Shown here in pieces: positions 1-15,000 of a stretch of 64,000 bases of DNA (positions are counted from its first letter, which is position 1; every line of letters begins with the position of its first letter). The stretch comes from Nemertoderma westbladi (taxonomy: Eukaryota > Animalia > Xenacoelomorpha): NCBI GenBank assembly GCA_032718475.1, contig JAUCBJ010000367.1, positions 27,922-91,921 on the forward strand, written 5' to 3'. The notes beneath the pieces were generated by a model. It did no database searches and was not told where the DNA came from. It saw nothing but the letters and a program-made list of their open reading frames with translations. Position numbers and translations under genes: made by a program.

Positions 1-3000
1 ACTAGAGATACACTCGGGAATCAGAAGACGGGAGGTAGATATTCAACTAGAGATACACTCGGGAATCGGGAGATGGGAGGTAGATATTCAACTAGAGATA
101 CACTCGGGAATCGGGAGGTAGATATTCAACTAGAGATACACTCGGGAATCAGAAGACGGGAGGTAGATATTCAACTAGAGATACACTCGGGAATCAGGAG
201 ACGGGAGGTAGATATTCAACTAGAGATACACTCGGGAATCGGGAGGTAGATATTCAACTAGAGATACACTCGGGAATCAGAAGATGGGAGGTAGATATTC
301 AACTAGAGATACACTCGGGAATCGGGAGACGGGAGGTAGATATTCAACTAGAGATACACTCGGGAATCGGGAGATGGGAGGTAGATATTCAACTAGAGAT
401 ACACTCGGGAATCGGGAGACGGGAGGTAGATATTCAACTAGAGATACACTCGGGAATCGGGAGGTAGATATTCAACTAGAGATACACTCGGGAATCAGAA
501 GACGGGAGGTAGATATTCAACTAGAGATACACTCGGGAATCGGGAGACGGGAGGTAGATATTCAACTAGAGATACACTCGGGAATCAGAAGACGGGAGGT
601 AGATATTCAACTAGCGATACACTCGGGAATCGGGAGACGGGAGGTAGATATTCAACTAGAGATACACTCGGGAATCGGGAGGTAGATATTCAACTAGAGA
701 TACACTCGGGAATCAGAAGACGGGAGGTAGATATTCAACTAGAGATACACTCGGGAATCGGGAGATGGGAGGTAGATATTCAACTAGAGATACACTCGGG
801 AATCGGGAGGTAGATATTCAACTAGCGATACACTCGGGAATCGGGAGATGGGAGGTATATATTCAACTAGAGATACACTCGGGAATTGGGAGATGGGAGG
901 TAGATATTCAACTAGAGATACACTCGGGAATCGAGAGATGGGAGGTAGATATTCAACTAGAGATACACTCGGGAGATGGGAGGTAGATATTCAACTAGCG
1001 ATACACTCGGGAATCGGGAGATGGGAGGTATATATTCAACTAGAGATACACTCGGGAATCAGAAGACGGGAGGTAGATATTCAACTAGAGATACACTCGG
1101 GAATCGGGAGATGGGAGGTAGATATTCAACTAGAGATACACTCGGGAATCGGGAGATGGGAGGTAGATATTCAACTAGAGATACACTCGGGAATCGGGAG
1201 ACGGGAGGTAGATATTCAACTATAGATACACTCGGGAGATGGGAGGTAGATATTCAACTAGAGATACACTCGGGAATCGGGAGATGGGAGGTATATATTC
1301 AACTAGAGATACACTCGGGAATCAGAAGACGGGAGGTAGATATTCAACTAGAGATACACTCGGGAATCGGGAGATGGGAGGTATATATTCAACTAGAGAT
1401 ACACTCGGGAATCGGGAGACGGGAGGTAGATATTCAACTAGAGATACACTCGGGAGATGGGAGGTAGATATTCAACTAGAGATACACTCGGGAATCGGGA
1501 GATGGGAGGTAGATATTCAACTAGAGATACACTCGGGAGATGGGAGGTAGATATTCAACTAGAGATACACTCGGGAATCGGGAGACGGGAGGTAGATATT
1601 CAACTAGAGATACACTCGGGAGATGGGAGGTAGATATTCAACTAGAGATACACTCGGGAATCGGGAGATGGGAGGTATATATTCAACTAGAGATACACTC
1701 GGGAATCGGGAGATGGGAGGTAGATATTCAACTAGAGATACACTCGGGAGACGGGAGGTAGATATTTAACTAGAGATACACTCGGGAATCGGGAGATAGG
1801 AGGTAGATATTCAACTAGAGATACACTCGGGAATCGGGAGACGGGAGGTAGATATTCAACTAGAGATACACTCGGGAGATGGGAGGTAGATATTCAACTA
1901 GAGATACACTCGGGAATCGGGAGATGGGAGGTAGATATTCAACTAGAGATACACTCGGGAGATGGGAGGTAGATATTCAACTAGAGATACACTCGGGAAT
2001 CGGGAGACGGGAGGTAGATATTCAACTAGAGATACACTCGGGAGATGGGAGGTAGATATTCAACTAGAGATACACTCGGGAATCGGGAGATGGGAGGTAT
2101 ATATTCAACTAGAGATACACTCGGGAATCGGGAGATGGGAGGTAGATATTCAACTAGAGATACACTCGGGAGACGGGAGGTAGATATTTAACTAGAGATA
2201 CACTCGGGAATCGGGAGATAGGAGGTATATATTCAACTAGAGATACACTCGGGAGACGGGAGGTAGATATTTAACTAGAGATACACTCGGGAATCGGGAG
2301 ATGGGAGGTAGATATTCAACTAGAGATACACTCGGGAATCGGGAGATAGGAGGTATATATTCAACTAGAGATACACTCGGGAGACGGGAGGTAGATATTC
2401 AACTAGAGATACACTCGGGAATCGGGAGATAGGAGGTATATATTCAACTAGAGATACACTCGGGAGATGGGAGGTATATATTCAACTAGAGATACACTCG
2501 GGAGATGGGAGGTAGATATTCAACTAGAGATACACTCGGGAATCGGGAGATAGGAGGTAGATATTCAACTAGAGATACACTCGGGAATCGGGAGATGGGA
2601 GGTAGATATTCAACTAGAGATACACTCGGGAATCGGGAGGTAGATATTCAACTAGAGATACACTCGGGAATCGGGAGATGGGAGGTAGATATTCAACTAG
2701 AGATACACTCGGGAATCGGGAGAGGGGAGGTAGATATACAACTAGAGATACACTTCGGGAATCGGGAGATGGGAGGTAGATATTCAACTAGAGATACACT
2801 CGGGAATTGGGAGACGGGAGGTAGATATTCAACTAGAGATACACTCGGGAATCGGGAGGTAGATATTCAACTAGAGATACACTCGGGAGATGGGAGGTAG
2901 ATATACAACTAGAGATACACTCGGGAATCGGGAGATGGGAGGTAGATATTCAACTAGAGATACACTCGGGAATTGGGAGATGGGAGGTAGATATTCAACT

Positions 3001-6000
3001 AGAGATACACTCGGGAATCGGGAGATGGGAGGTAGATATACAACTAGAGATACACTCGGGAATCGGGAGATGGGAGGTAGATATTCAACTAGAGATACAC
3101 TCGGGAATTGGGAGACGGGAGGTAGATATTCAACTAGAGATACACTCGGGAATCGGGAGATGGGAGGTAGATATTCAACTAGAGATACAGTCCGGAATCG
3201 GGAGGTAGATATTCAACTAGAGATACAGTCGGGAATCGGGAGGTAGATATTCAACTAGAGATACACTCGGGAATCGGGAGGTAGATATTCAACTAGAGAT
3301 ACACTCGGGAATCGGGAGACGGGAGGTAGATATTCAACTAGAGATACACTCGGGAATCGGGAGATGGGAGGTAGATATTCAACTAGAGATACACTCGGGA
3401 GACGGGAGACGGGTGGTAGATATTCAACTAGAGATACACTCGGGAATCGGGAGATGGGAGGTAGATATTCAACTAGAGATACACTCGGGAGATGGGAGAC
3501 GGGAGGTAGATACTCAACTAGAGATACACTCGGGAATCGGGAGACGGGAGGTAGATATTCAACTAGAGATACACTCGGGAGATGGGAGGTGGGAGGTAGA
3601 TATTCAACTAGAGATACACTCGGGAATCAGAAGACGGGAGGTAGATATTCAACTAGAGATACACTCGGGAATCGGGAGATGGGAGGTAGATATTCAACTA
3701 GAGATACACTCGGGAATCGGGAGGTAGATATTCAACTAGAGATACACTCGGGAATCAGAAGACGGGAGGTAGATATTCAACTAGAGATACACTCGGGAAT
3801 CAGGAGACGGGAGGTAGATATTCAACTAGAGATACACTCGGGAATCGGGAGGTAGATATTCAACTAGAGATACACTCGGGAATCAGAAGATGGGAGGTAG
3901 ATATTCAACTAGAGATACACTCGGGAATCGGGAGACGGGAGGTAGATATTCAACTAGAGATACACTCGGGAATCGGGAGATGGGAGGTAGATATTCAACT
4001 AGAGATACACTCGGGAATCGGGAGACGGGAGGTAGATATTCAACTAGAGATACATTCGGGAATCGGGAGGTAGATATTCAACTAGAGATACACTCGGGAA
4101 TCAGAAGACGGGAGGTAGATATTCAACTAGAGATACACTCGGTAATCGGGAGACGGGAGGTAGATATTCAACTAGAGATACACTCGGGAATCAGAAGACG
4201 GGAGGTAGATATTCAACTAGCGATACACTCGGGAGACGGGAGGTAGATATTCAACTAGAGATACACTCGGGAATCGGGAGGTAGATATTCAACTAGAGAT
4301 ACACTCGGGAGACGGGAGATACACTCGGGAATCGGGAGATGGGAGGTAGATATTCAACTAGAGATGCACTCGGGAATCGGGAGGTAGATATTCAACTAGA
4401 GATACACTCGGGAGACGGGAGATGGGAGGTAGATATTCAACTAGAGATACACTCGGGAATCGGGAGATGGGGGGTAGATATTCAACTAGAGATACACTCG
4501 GGAATCGGGAGATGGGAGGTAGATATTCAACTAGAGATACACTCGGGAATCAGGAGACGGGAGGTAGATATTCAACTAGAGATACACTCAGGAATCGGGA
4601 GATGGGAGGTAGATATTCAACTAGACTCGGGATACACTCGGGAGACGGGAGGTAGATATTCAACTAGAGATACACTCGGGAATCGGGAGAAGGGAGGTAG
4701 ATATTCAACTAGAGATACACTCGGGAGATGGGAGGTAGATATTCAACTAGAGATACACTCGGGAATCGGGACACGGGAGGTAGATATTCAACTAGAGATA
4801 CACTCGGGAGACGGGAGATGGGAGGTAGATATTCAACTAGAGATACACTCGGAATCAGGAGACGGGAGGTAGATATTCAACTAGAGATACAGTCGGGAAT
4901 CGGGAGGTAGATATTCAACTAGAGATACACTCGGGAGACGGGAGATGGGAGGTAGATATTCAACTAGAGATACACTCGGGAATCGGGACACGGGAGGTAG
5001 ATATTCAACTAAAGATACACTCGGGAGACGGGAGGTAGATATTCAACTAGAGATACACTCGGGAATCGGGAGATGGGAGGTAGATATTCAACTAGAGATG
5101 CACTCGGGATACGGGAGGTAGATATTCAACTAGAGATACACTCGGGAGACGGGAGGTAGATATTCAACTAGAGGTACACTCGGGAGACGGGAGGTAGATA
5201 TTCAACTAGAGATACACTCGGGAATCGGGAGACGGGAGGTAGATATTCAACTAGAGATACAGTCGGGAATCGGGAGGTAGATATTCAACTAGAGATACAC
5301 TCGGGAATCGGGAGATGGGAGGTAGATATTCAACTAGAGATACACTCGGGAGACGGGAGATGGGAGGTAGATATTCAACTAGAGATACACTCGGGAGACG
5401 GGAGATGGGAGGTAGATATTCAACTAGAGATACACTCGGGACACGGGAGGTAGATATTCAACTAGAGATACACTCGGGAATCGGGAGATGGGAGGTAGAT
5501 ATTCAACTAGAGATACACTCGGGAGATGGGAGGTAGATATTCAACTAGAGATACAGTCGGGAGACGGGAGGTAGATATTCAACTAGAGATACACTCGGGA
5601 GATGGGAGGTAGATATTCAACTAGAGATACACTCGGGAATCGGGAGATGGGAGGTAGATATTCAACTAGAGATACACTCGGGAATCGGGAGATGGGAGGT
5701 AGATATTCAACTAGAGATACACTCGGGAGACGGGAGGTAGATATTCAACTAGAGATACACTCGGGAATCGGGAGACGGGAGGTAGATATTCAACTAGAGA
5801 TACACTCGGGAGACGGGAGGTAGATATTCAACTAGAGATACACTCGGGAATCGGGAGACGGGAGGTAGATATTCAACTAGAGATACACTCGGGAATCGGG
5901 AGATGGGAGGTAGATATTCAACTAGAGATACACTCGGGAATCGGGAGATGGGAGGTAGATATTCAACTAGAGATACAGTCCGGAATCGGGAGGTAGATAT

Positions 6001-9000
6001 TCAACTAGAGATACAGTCGGGAATCGGGAGGTATATATTCAACTAGAGATACACTCGGGAGATGGGAGGTATATATTCAACTAGAGATACACTCGGGAAT
6101 CAGAAGACGGGGGGTAGATATTCAACTAGAGATACACTCGGGAATCGGGAGATGGGAGGTATATATTCAACTAGAGATACACTCGGGAGATGGGAGGTAT
6201 ATATTCAACTAGAGATACACTCGGGAATCAGAAGACGGGGGGTAGATATTCAACTAGAGATACACTCGGGAATCGGGAGACGGGAGGTAGATATTCCACT
6301 AGAGATACACTCGGGAGATGGGAGGTATATATTCAACTAGAGATACACTCGGGAATCGGGAGATGGGAGGTATATATTCAACTAGAGATACACTCGGGAA
6401 TCGGGACACGGGAGGTAGATAATCAACTAGAGATACACTCGGGAATCGGGAGATGGGAGGTAGATATTCAACTAGAGATACACTCGGGAATCGGGAGATG
6501 GGAGGTAGATATTCAACTAGAGATACACTCGGGAGATGGGAGGTAGATATTCAACTAGAGATACAGTCCGGAATCGGGAGGTAGATATTCAACTAGAGAT
6601 ACAGTCGGGAATCGGGAGGTAGATATTCAACTAGAGATACACTCGGGAATCGGGAGGTAGATATTCAACTAGAGATACACTCGGGAATCGGGAGATGGGA
6701 GGTAGATATTCAACTAGAGATACACTCGGGAATCGGGAGATGGGAGGTAGATATTCAACTAGAGATACACTCGGGAATCGTGAGATGGGAGGTAGATATT
6801 CAACTAGAGATACACTCGGGAGACGGGAGGTCGATATTCAACTAGAGATACAGTCCGGAATCGGGCGGTAGATATTCAACTAGAGATACACTCGGGAGAT
6901 GGGAGGTCGATATTCAACTAGAGATACAGTCCGGAATCGGGAGGTAGATATTCAACTAGAGATACACTCGGGAGATGGGAGGTCGATATTCAACTAGAGA
7001 TACAGTCCGGAATCGGGAGGTAGATATTCAACTAGAGATACAGTCGGGAATCGGGAGGTAGATATTCAACTAGAGATACACTCGGGAATCGGGAGGTAGA
7101 TATTCAACTAGAGATACACTCGGGAATCGGGAGACGGGAGGTAGATATTCAACTAGAGATACACTCGGGAATCGGGAGATGGGAGGTAGATATTCAACTA
7201 GAGATACACTCGGGAGACGGGAGACTGGTGGTATATATTCAACTAGAGATACACTCGGGAATCGGGAGATGGGAGGTAGATATTCAACTAGAGATACACT
7301 CGGGAGATGGGAGACGGGAGGTAGATATTCAACTAGAGATACACTCGGGAATCGGGAGACGGGAGGTAGATATTCAACTAGAGATACACTCGGGAGATGG
7401 GAGGTGGGAGGTAGATATTCAACTAGAGATACACTCGGGAATCAGAAGACGGGAGGTAGATATTCAACTAGAGATACACTCGGGAATCGGGAGATGGGAG
7501 GTAGATATTCAACTAGAGATACACTCGGGAATCGGGAGGTAGATATTCAACTAGAGATACACTCGGGAATCAGAAGACGGGAGGTAGATATTCAACTAGA
7601 GATACACTCGGGAATCAGGAGACGGGAGGTAGATATTCAACTAGAGATACACTCGGGAATCGGGAGGTAGATATTCAACTAGAGATACACTCGGGAATCA
7701 GAAGATGGGAGGTAGATATTCAACTAGAGATACACTCGGGAATCGGGAGACGGGAGGTAGATATTCAACTAGAGATACACTCGGGAATCGGGAGATGGGA
7801 GGTAGATATTCAACTAGAGATACACTCGGGAATCGGGAGACGGGAGGTAGATATTCAACTAGAGATACACTCGGGAATCGGGAGGTAGATATTCAACTAG
7901 AGATACACTCGGGAATCAGAAGACGGGAGGTAGATATTCAACTAGAGATACACTCGGGAATCGGGAGACGGGAGGTAGATATTCAACTAGAGATACACTC
8001 GGGAATCAGAAGACGGGAGGTAGATATTCAACTAGCGATACACTCGGGAATCGGGAGACGGGAGGTAGATATTCAACTAGAGATACACTCGGGAATCGGG
8101 AGGTAGATATTCAACTAGAGATACACTCGGGAATCAGAAGACGGGAGGTAGATATTCAACTAGAGATACACTCGGGAATCGGGAGATGGGAGGTAGATAT
8201 TCAACTAGAGATACACTCGGGAATCGGGAGGTAGATATTCAACTAGCGATACACTCGGGAATCGGGAGATGGGAGGTATATATTCAACTAGAGATACACT
8301 CGGGAATTGGGAGATGGGAGGTAGATATTCAACTAGAGATACACTCGGGAATCGAGAGATGGGAGGTAGATATTCAACTAGAGATACACTCGGGAGATGG
8401 GAGGTAGATATTCAACTAGCGATACACTCGGGAATCGGGAGATGGGAGGTATATATTCAACTAGAGATACACTCGGGAATCAGAAGACGGGAGGTAGATA
8501 TTCAACTAGAGATACACTCGGGAATCGGGAGATGGGAGGTAGATATTCAACTAGAGATACACTCGGGAATCGGGAGATGGGAGGTAGATATTCAACTAGA
8601 GATACACTCGGGAATCGGGAGACGGGAGGTAGATATTCAACTATAGATACACTCGGGAGATGGGAGGTAGATATTCAACTAGAGATACACTCGGGAATCG
8701 GGAGATGGGAGGTATATATTCAACTAGAGATACACTCGGGAATCAGAAGACGGGAGGTAGATATTCAACTAGAGATACACTCGGGAATCGGGAGATGGGA
8801 GGTATATATTCAACTAGAGATACACTCGGGAATCGGGAGACGGGAGGTAGATATTCAACTAGAGATACACTCGGGAATCGGGAGATGGGAGGTAGATATT
8901 CAACTAGAGATACACTCGGGAGATGGGAGGTAGATATTCAACTAGAGATACAGTCCGGAATCGGGAGGTAGATATTCAACTAGAGATACAGTCGGGAATC

Positions 9001-12000
9001 GGGAGGTAGATATTCAACTAGAGATACACTCGGGAATCGGGAGGTAGATATTCAACTAGAGATACACTCGGGAATCGGGAGATGGGAGGTAGATATTCAA
9101 CTAGAGATACACTCGGGAATCGGGAGATGGGAGGTAGATATTCAACTAGAGATACACTCGGGAATCGTGAGATGGGAGGTAGATATTCAACTAGAGATAC
9201 ACTCGGGAGACGGGAGGTCGATATTCAACTAGAGATACAGTCCGGAATCGGGAGGTAGATATTCAACTAGAGATACACTCGGGAGATGGGAGGTCGATAT
9301 TCAACTAGAGATACAGTCCGGAATCGGGAGGTAGATATTCAACTAGAGATACACTCGGGAGATGGGAGGTCGATATTCAACTAGAGATACAGTCCGGAAT
9401 CGGGAGGTAGATATTCAACTAGAGATACAGTCGGGAATCGGGAGGTAGATATTCAACTAGAGATACACTCGGGAATCGGGAGGTAGATATTCAACTAGAG
9501 ATACACTCGGGAATCGGGAGACGGGAGGTAGATATTCAACTAGAGATACACTCGGGAATCGGGAGATGGGAGGTAGATATTCAACTAGAGATACACTCGG
9601 GAGACGGGAGACTGGTGGTATATATTCAACTAGAGATACACTCGGGAATCGGGAGATGGGAGGTAGATATTCAACTAGAGATACACTCGGGAGATGGGAG
9701 ACGGGAGGTAGATATTCAACTAGAGATACACTCGGGAATCGGGAGACGGGAGGTAGATATTCAACTAGAGATACACTCGGGAGATGGGAGGTGGGAGGTA
9801 GATATTCAACTAGAGATACACTCGGGAATCAGAAGACGGGAGGTAGATATTCAACTAGAGATACACTCGGGAATCGGGAGATGGGAGGTAGATATTCAAC
9901 TAGAGATACACTCGGGAATCGGGAGGTAGATATTCAACTAGAGATACACTCGGGAATCAGAAGACGGGAGGTAGATATTCAACTAGAGATACACTCGGGA
10001 ATCAGGAGACGGGAGGTAGATATTCAACTAGAGATACACTCGGGAATCTGGAGGTAGATATTCAACTAGAGATACACTCGGGAATCAGAAGATGGGAGGT
10101 AGATATTCAACTAGAGATACACTCGGGAATCGGGAGACGGGAGGTAGATATTCAACTAGAGATACACTCGGGAATCGGGAGATGGGAGGTAGATATTCAA
10201 CTAGAGATACACTCGGGAATCGGGAGACGGGAGGTAGATATTCAACTAGAGATACACTCGGGAATCGGGAGGTAGATATTCAACTAGAGATACACTCGGG
10301 AATCAGAAGACGGGAGGTAGATATTCAACTAGAGATACACTCGGGAATCGGGAGACGGGAGGTAGATATTCAACTAGAGATACACTCGGGAATCAGAAGA
10401 CGGGAGGTAGATATTCAACTAGCGATACACTCGGGAATCGGGAGACGGGAGGTAGATATTCAACTAGAGATACACTCGGGAATCGGGAGGTAGATATTCA
10501 ACTAGAGATACACTCGGGAATCAGAAGACGGGAGGTAGATATTCAACTAGAGATACACTCGGGAATCGGGAGATGGGAGGTAGATATTCAACTAGAGATA
10601 CACTCGGGAATCGGGAGGTAGATATTCAACTAGCGATACACTCGGGAATCGGGAGATGGGAGGTATATATTCAACTAGAGATACACTCGGGAATTGGGAG
10701 ATGGGAGGTAGATATTCAACTAGAGATACACTCGGGAATCGAGAGATGGGAGGTAGATATTCAACTAGAGATACACTCGGGAGATGGGAGGTAGATATTC
10801 AACTAGCGATACACTCGGGAATCGGGAGATGGGAGGTATATATTCAACTAGAGATACACTCGGGAATCAGAAGACGGGAGGTAGATATTCAACTAGAGAT
10901 ACACTCGGGAATCGGGAGATGGGAGGTAGATATTCAACTAGAGATACACTCGGGAATCGGGAGATGGGAGGTAGATATTCAACTAGAGATACACTCGGGA
11001 ATCGGGAGATGGGAGGTAGATATTCAACTAGAGATACACTCGGGAATCGGGAGATGGGAGGTAGATATTCAACTAGAGATACACTCGGGAATTGGGAGAA
11101 GGGAGGTAGATATTCAACTAGAGATGCACTCGGGAATTGGGAGAAGGGAGGTAGATATTCAACTAGAGATGCACTCGGGAGACGGGAGGTAGATATTCAA
11201 CTAGAGATACACTCGGGAATCGGGAGATGGGAGGTAGATATTCAACTAGACTCGGGATACACTCGGGAGACGGGAGGTAGATATTCAACTAGAGATACAC
11301 TCGGGAATCAGAAGACGGGAGGTAGATATTCAACTAGAGATACACTCGGGAATCGGGAGATGGGAGGTAGATATTCAACTAGAGATACACTCGGGAATCG
11401 GGAGATGGGAGATAGATATTCAACTAGACTCGGGATACACTCGGGAGACGGGAGGTAGATATTCAACTAGAGATACACTCGGGAATCGGGAGATGGGAGG
11501 TAGATATTCAACTAGAGATACACTCGGGAGACGGGAGACGGGAGGTAGATATTCAACTAGAGATACACTCGGGAATCGGGAGATGGGAGATAGATATTCA
11601 ACTAGACTCGGGATACACTCGGGAGACGGGAGGTATATATTCAACTAGAGATACACTCGGGAATTGGGAGAAGGGAGGTAGATATTCAACTAGAGATACA
11701 CTCGGGAATCGGGAGATGGGAGGTAGATATTCAACTAGAGATACACTCGGGAATCGGGAGATGGGAGGTAGATATTCAACTAGAGATACAGTCGGGAATC
11801 GGGAGGTAGATATTCAACTAGAGATACACTCGGGAATCGGGAGATGGGAGATAGATATTCAACTAGACTCGGGATACACTCGGGAGACGGGAGGTAGATA
11901 TTCAACTAGAGATACACTCGGGAATCGGGAGATGGGAGGTAGATATTCAACTAGAGATACACTCGGGAATCGGGAGATGGGAGGTAGATATTCAACTAGA

Positions 12001-15000
12001 GATACACTCGGGAATCGGGAGATGGGAGGTAGATATTCAACTAGAGATACACTCGGGAATCGGGAGATGGGAGGTAGATATTCAACTAGAGATACACTCG
12101 GGAATCGGGAGATGGGAGGTAGATATTCAACTAGAGATACACTCGGGAATTGGGAGAAGGGAGGTAGATATTCAACTAGAGATGCACTCGGGAATCGGGA
12201 GATGGGAGGTAGATATTCAACTAGAGATACACTCGGGAATTGGGAGATAGGAGGTAGATATTCAACTAGAGATACACTCGGGAATTGGGAGATGGGAGGT
12301 AGATATTCAACTAGAGATACACTCGGGAGACGGGAGGTAGATATTCAACTAGAGATACACTCGGGAATCGGGAGATGGGAGATAGATATTCAACTAGACT
12401 CGGGATACACTCGGGAGACGGGAGGTAGATATTCAACTAGAGATACACTCGGGAATCGGGAGATGGGAGGTAGATATTCAACTAGAGATACACTCGGGAG
12501 ACGGGAGGTAGATATTCAACTAGAGATACACTCGGGAATCGGGAGATGGGAGATAGATATTCAACTAGACTCGGGATACACTCGGGAGACGGGAGGTAGA
12601 TATTCAACTAGAGATACACTCGGGAATCGGGAGATGGGAGGTAGATATTCAACTAGAGATACACTCGGGAATCGGGAGATGGGAGGTAGATATTCAACTA
12701 GAGATACACTCGGGAATCGGGAGATGGGAGGTATATATTCAACTAGAGATACACTCGGGAGACGGGAGGTAGATATTCAACTAGAGATACACTCGGGAAT
12801 CGGGAGATGGGAGGTAGATATTCAACTAGAGATACACTCGGGAATCGGGAGATGGGAGGTAGATATTCAACTAGAGATACACTCGGGAATCGGGAGATGG
12901 GAGGTAGATATTCAACTAGAGATGCACTCGGGAGACGGGAGATGGGAGGTAGATATTCAACTAGAGATACACTCGGGAATCGGGAGATGGGAGATAGATA
13001 TTCAACTAGAGATACACTCGGGAATCGGGAGATGGGAGGTAGATATTCAACTAGAGATACACTCGGGAATCGGGAGATGGGAGGTAGATATTCAACTAGA
13101 GATACACTCGGGAATCGGGAGATGGGAGGTAGATATTCAACTAGAGATACACTCGGGAATCGGGAGATGGGAGGTAGATATTCAACTAGAGATACACTCG
13201 GGAATCGGGAGATGGGAGGTAGATATTCAACTAGAGATGCACTCGGGAGACGGGAGATGGGAGGTAGATATTCAACTAGAGATACACTCGGGAATCGGGA
13301 GATGGGAGATAGATATTCAACTAGACTCGGGATACACTCGGGAGACGGGAGGTAGATATTCAACTAGAGATACACTCGGGAATCGGGAGATGGGAGGTAG
13401 ATATTCAACTAGAGATACACTCGGGAGACGGGAGGTAGATATTCAACTAGAGATACACTCGGGAATCGGGAGATGGGAGATAGATATTCAACTAGACTCG
13501 GGATACACTCGGGAGACGGGAGGTAGATATTCAACTAGAGATACACTCGGGAATCGGGAGATGGGAGGTAGATATTCAACTAGAGATACACTCGGGAATC
13601 GGGAGATGGGAGGTAGATATTCAACTAGAGATACACTCGGGAATCGGGAGATGGGAGGTAGATATTCAACTAGAGATACACTCGGGAATCGGGAGATGGG
13701 AGGTAGATATTCAACTAGAGATACACTCGGGAATCGGGAGATGGGAGGTAGATATTCAACTAGAGATACACTCGGGAATCGGGAGATGGGAGGTAGATAT
13801 TCAACTAGAGATGCACTCGGGAGACGGGAGATGGGAGGTAGATATTCAACTAGAGATACACTCGGGAGACGGGAGATGGGAGGTAGATATTCAACTAGAG
13901 ATACACTCGGGAGACGGGAGACGGGAGGTAGATATTCAACTAGAGATACACTCGGGAATCGGGAGATGGGAGGTAGATATTCAACTAGAGATACACTCGG
14001 GAATCAGAAGACGGGAGGTAGATATTCAACTAGAGATACACTCGGGAATCGGGAGATGGGAGGTATATATTCAACTAGAGATACACTCGGGAATTGGGAG
14101 AAGGGAGGTAGATATTCAACTAGAGATGCACTCGGGAGACGGGAGGTAGATATTCAACTAGAGATACACTCGGGAGACGGGAGGTAGATATTCAACTAGA
14201 GATGCACTCGGGAGACGGGAGGTAGATATTCAACTAGAGATGCACTCGGGAGACGGGAGGTAGATATTCAACTAGAGATACACTCGGGAGACGGGAGGTA
14301 GATATTCAACTAGAGATGCACTCGGGAGACGGGAGGTAGATATTCAACTAGAGATACACTCGGGAATTGGGAGATGGGAGGTAGATATTCAACTAGAGAT
14401 ACACTCGGGAGATGGGAGGTAGATATTCAACTAGAGATACACTCGGGAGACGGGAGGTAGATATTCAACTAGAGATGCACTCGGGAGACGGGAGGTAGAT
14501 ATTCAACTAGAGATGCACTCGGGAGACGGGAGGTAGATATTCAACTAGAGATACACTCGGGAGACGGGAGGTAGATATTCAACTAGAGATGCACTCGGGA
14601 GACGGGAGGTAGATATTCAACTAGAGATACACTCGGGAATTGGGAGAAGGGAGGTAGATATTCAACTAGAGATGCACTCGGGAATCGGGAGATGGGAGGT
14701 AGATATTCAACTAGAGATACACTCGGGAATTGGGAGAAGGGAGGTAGATATTCAACTAGAGATGCACTCGGGAGACGGGAGGTAGATATTCAACTAGAGA
14801 TACACTCGGGAATCGGGAGATGGGAGGTAGATATTCAACTAGAGATACACTCGGGAATTGGGAGAAGGGAGGTAGATATTCAACTAGAGATGCACTCGGG
14901 AATCGGGAGATGGGAGGTAGATATTCAACTAGAGATACACTCGGGAATTGGGAGAAGGGAGGTAGATATTCAACTAGAGATACACTCGGGAGACGGGAGG

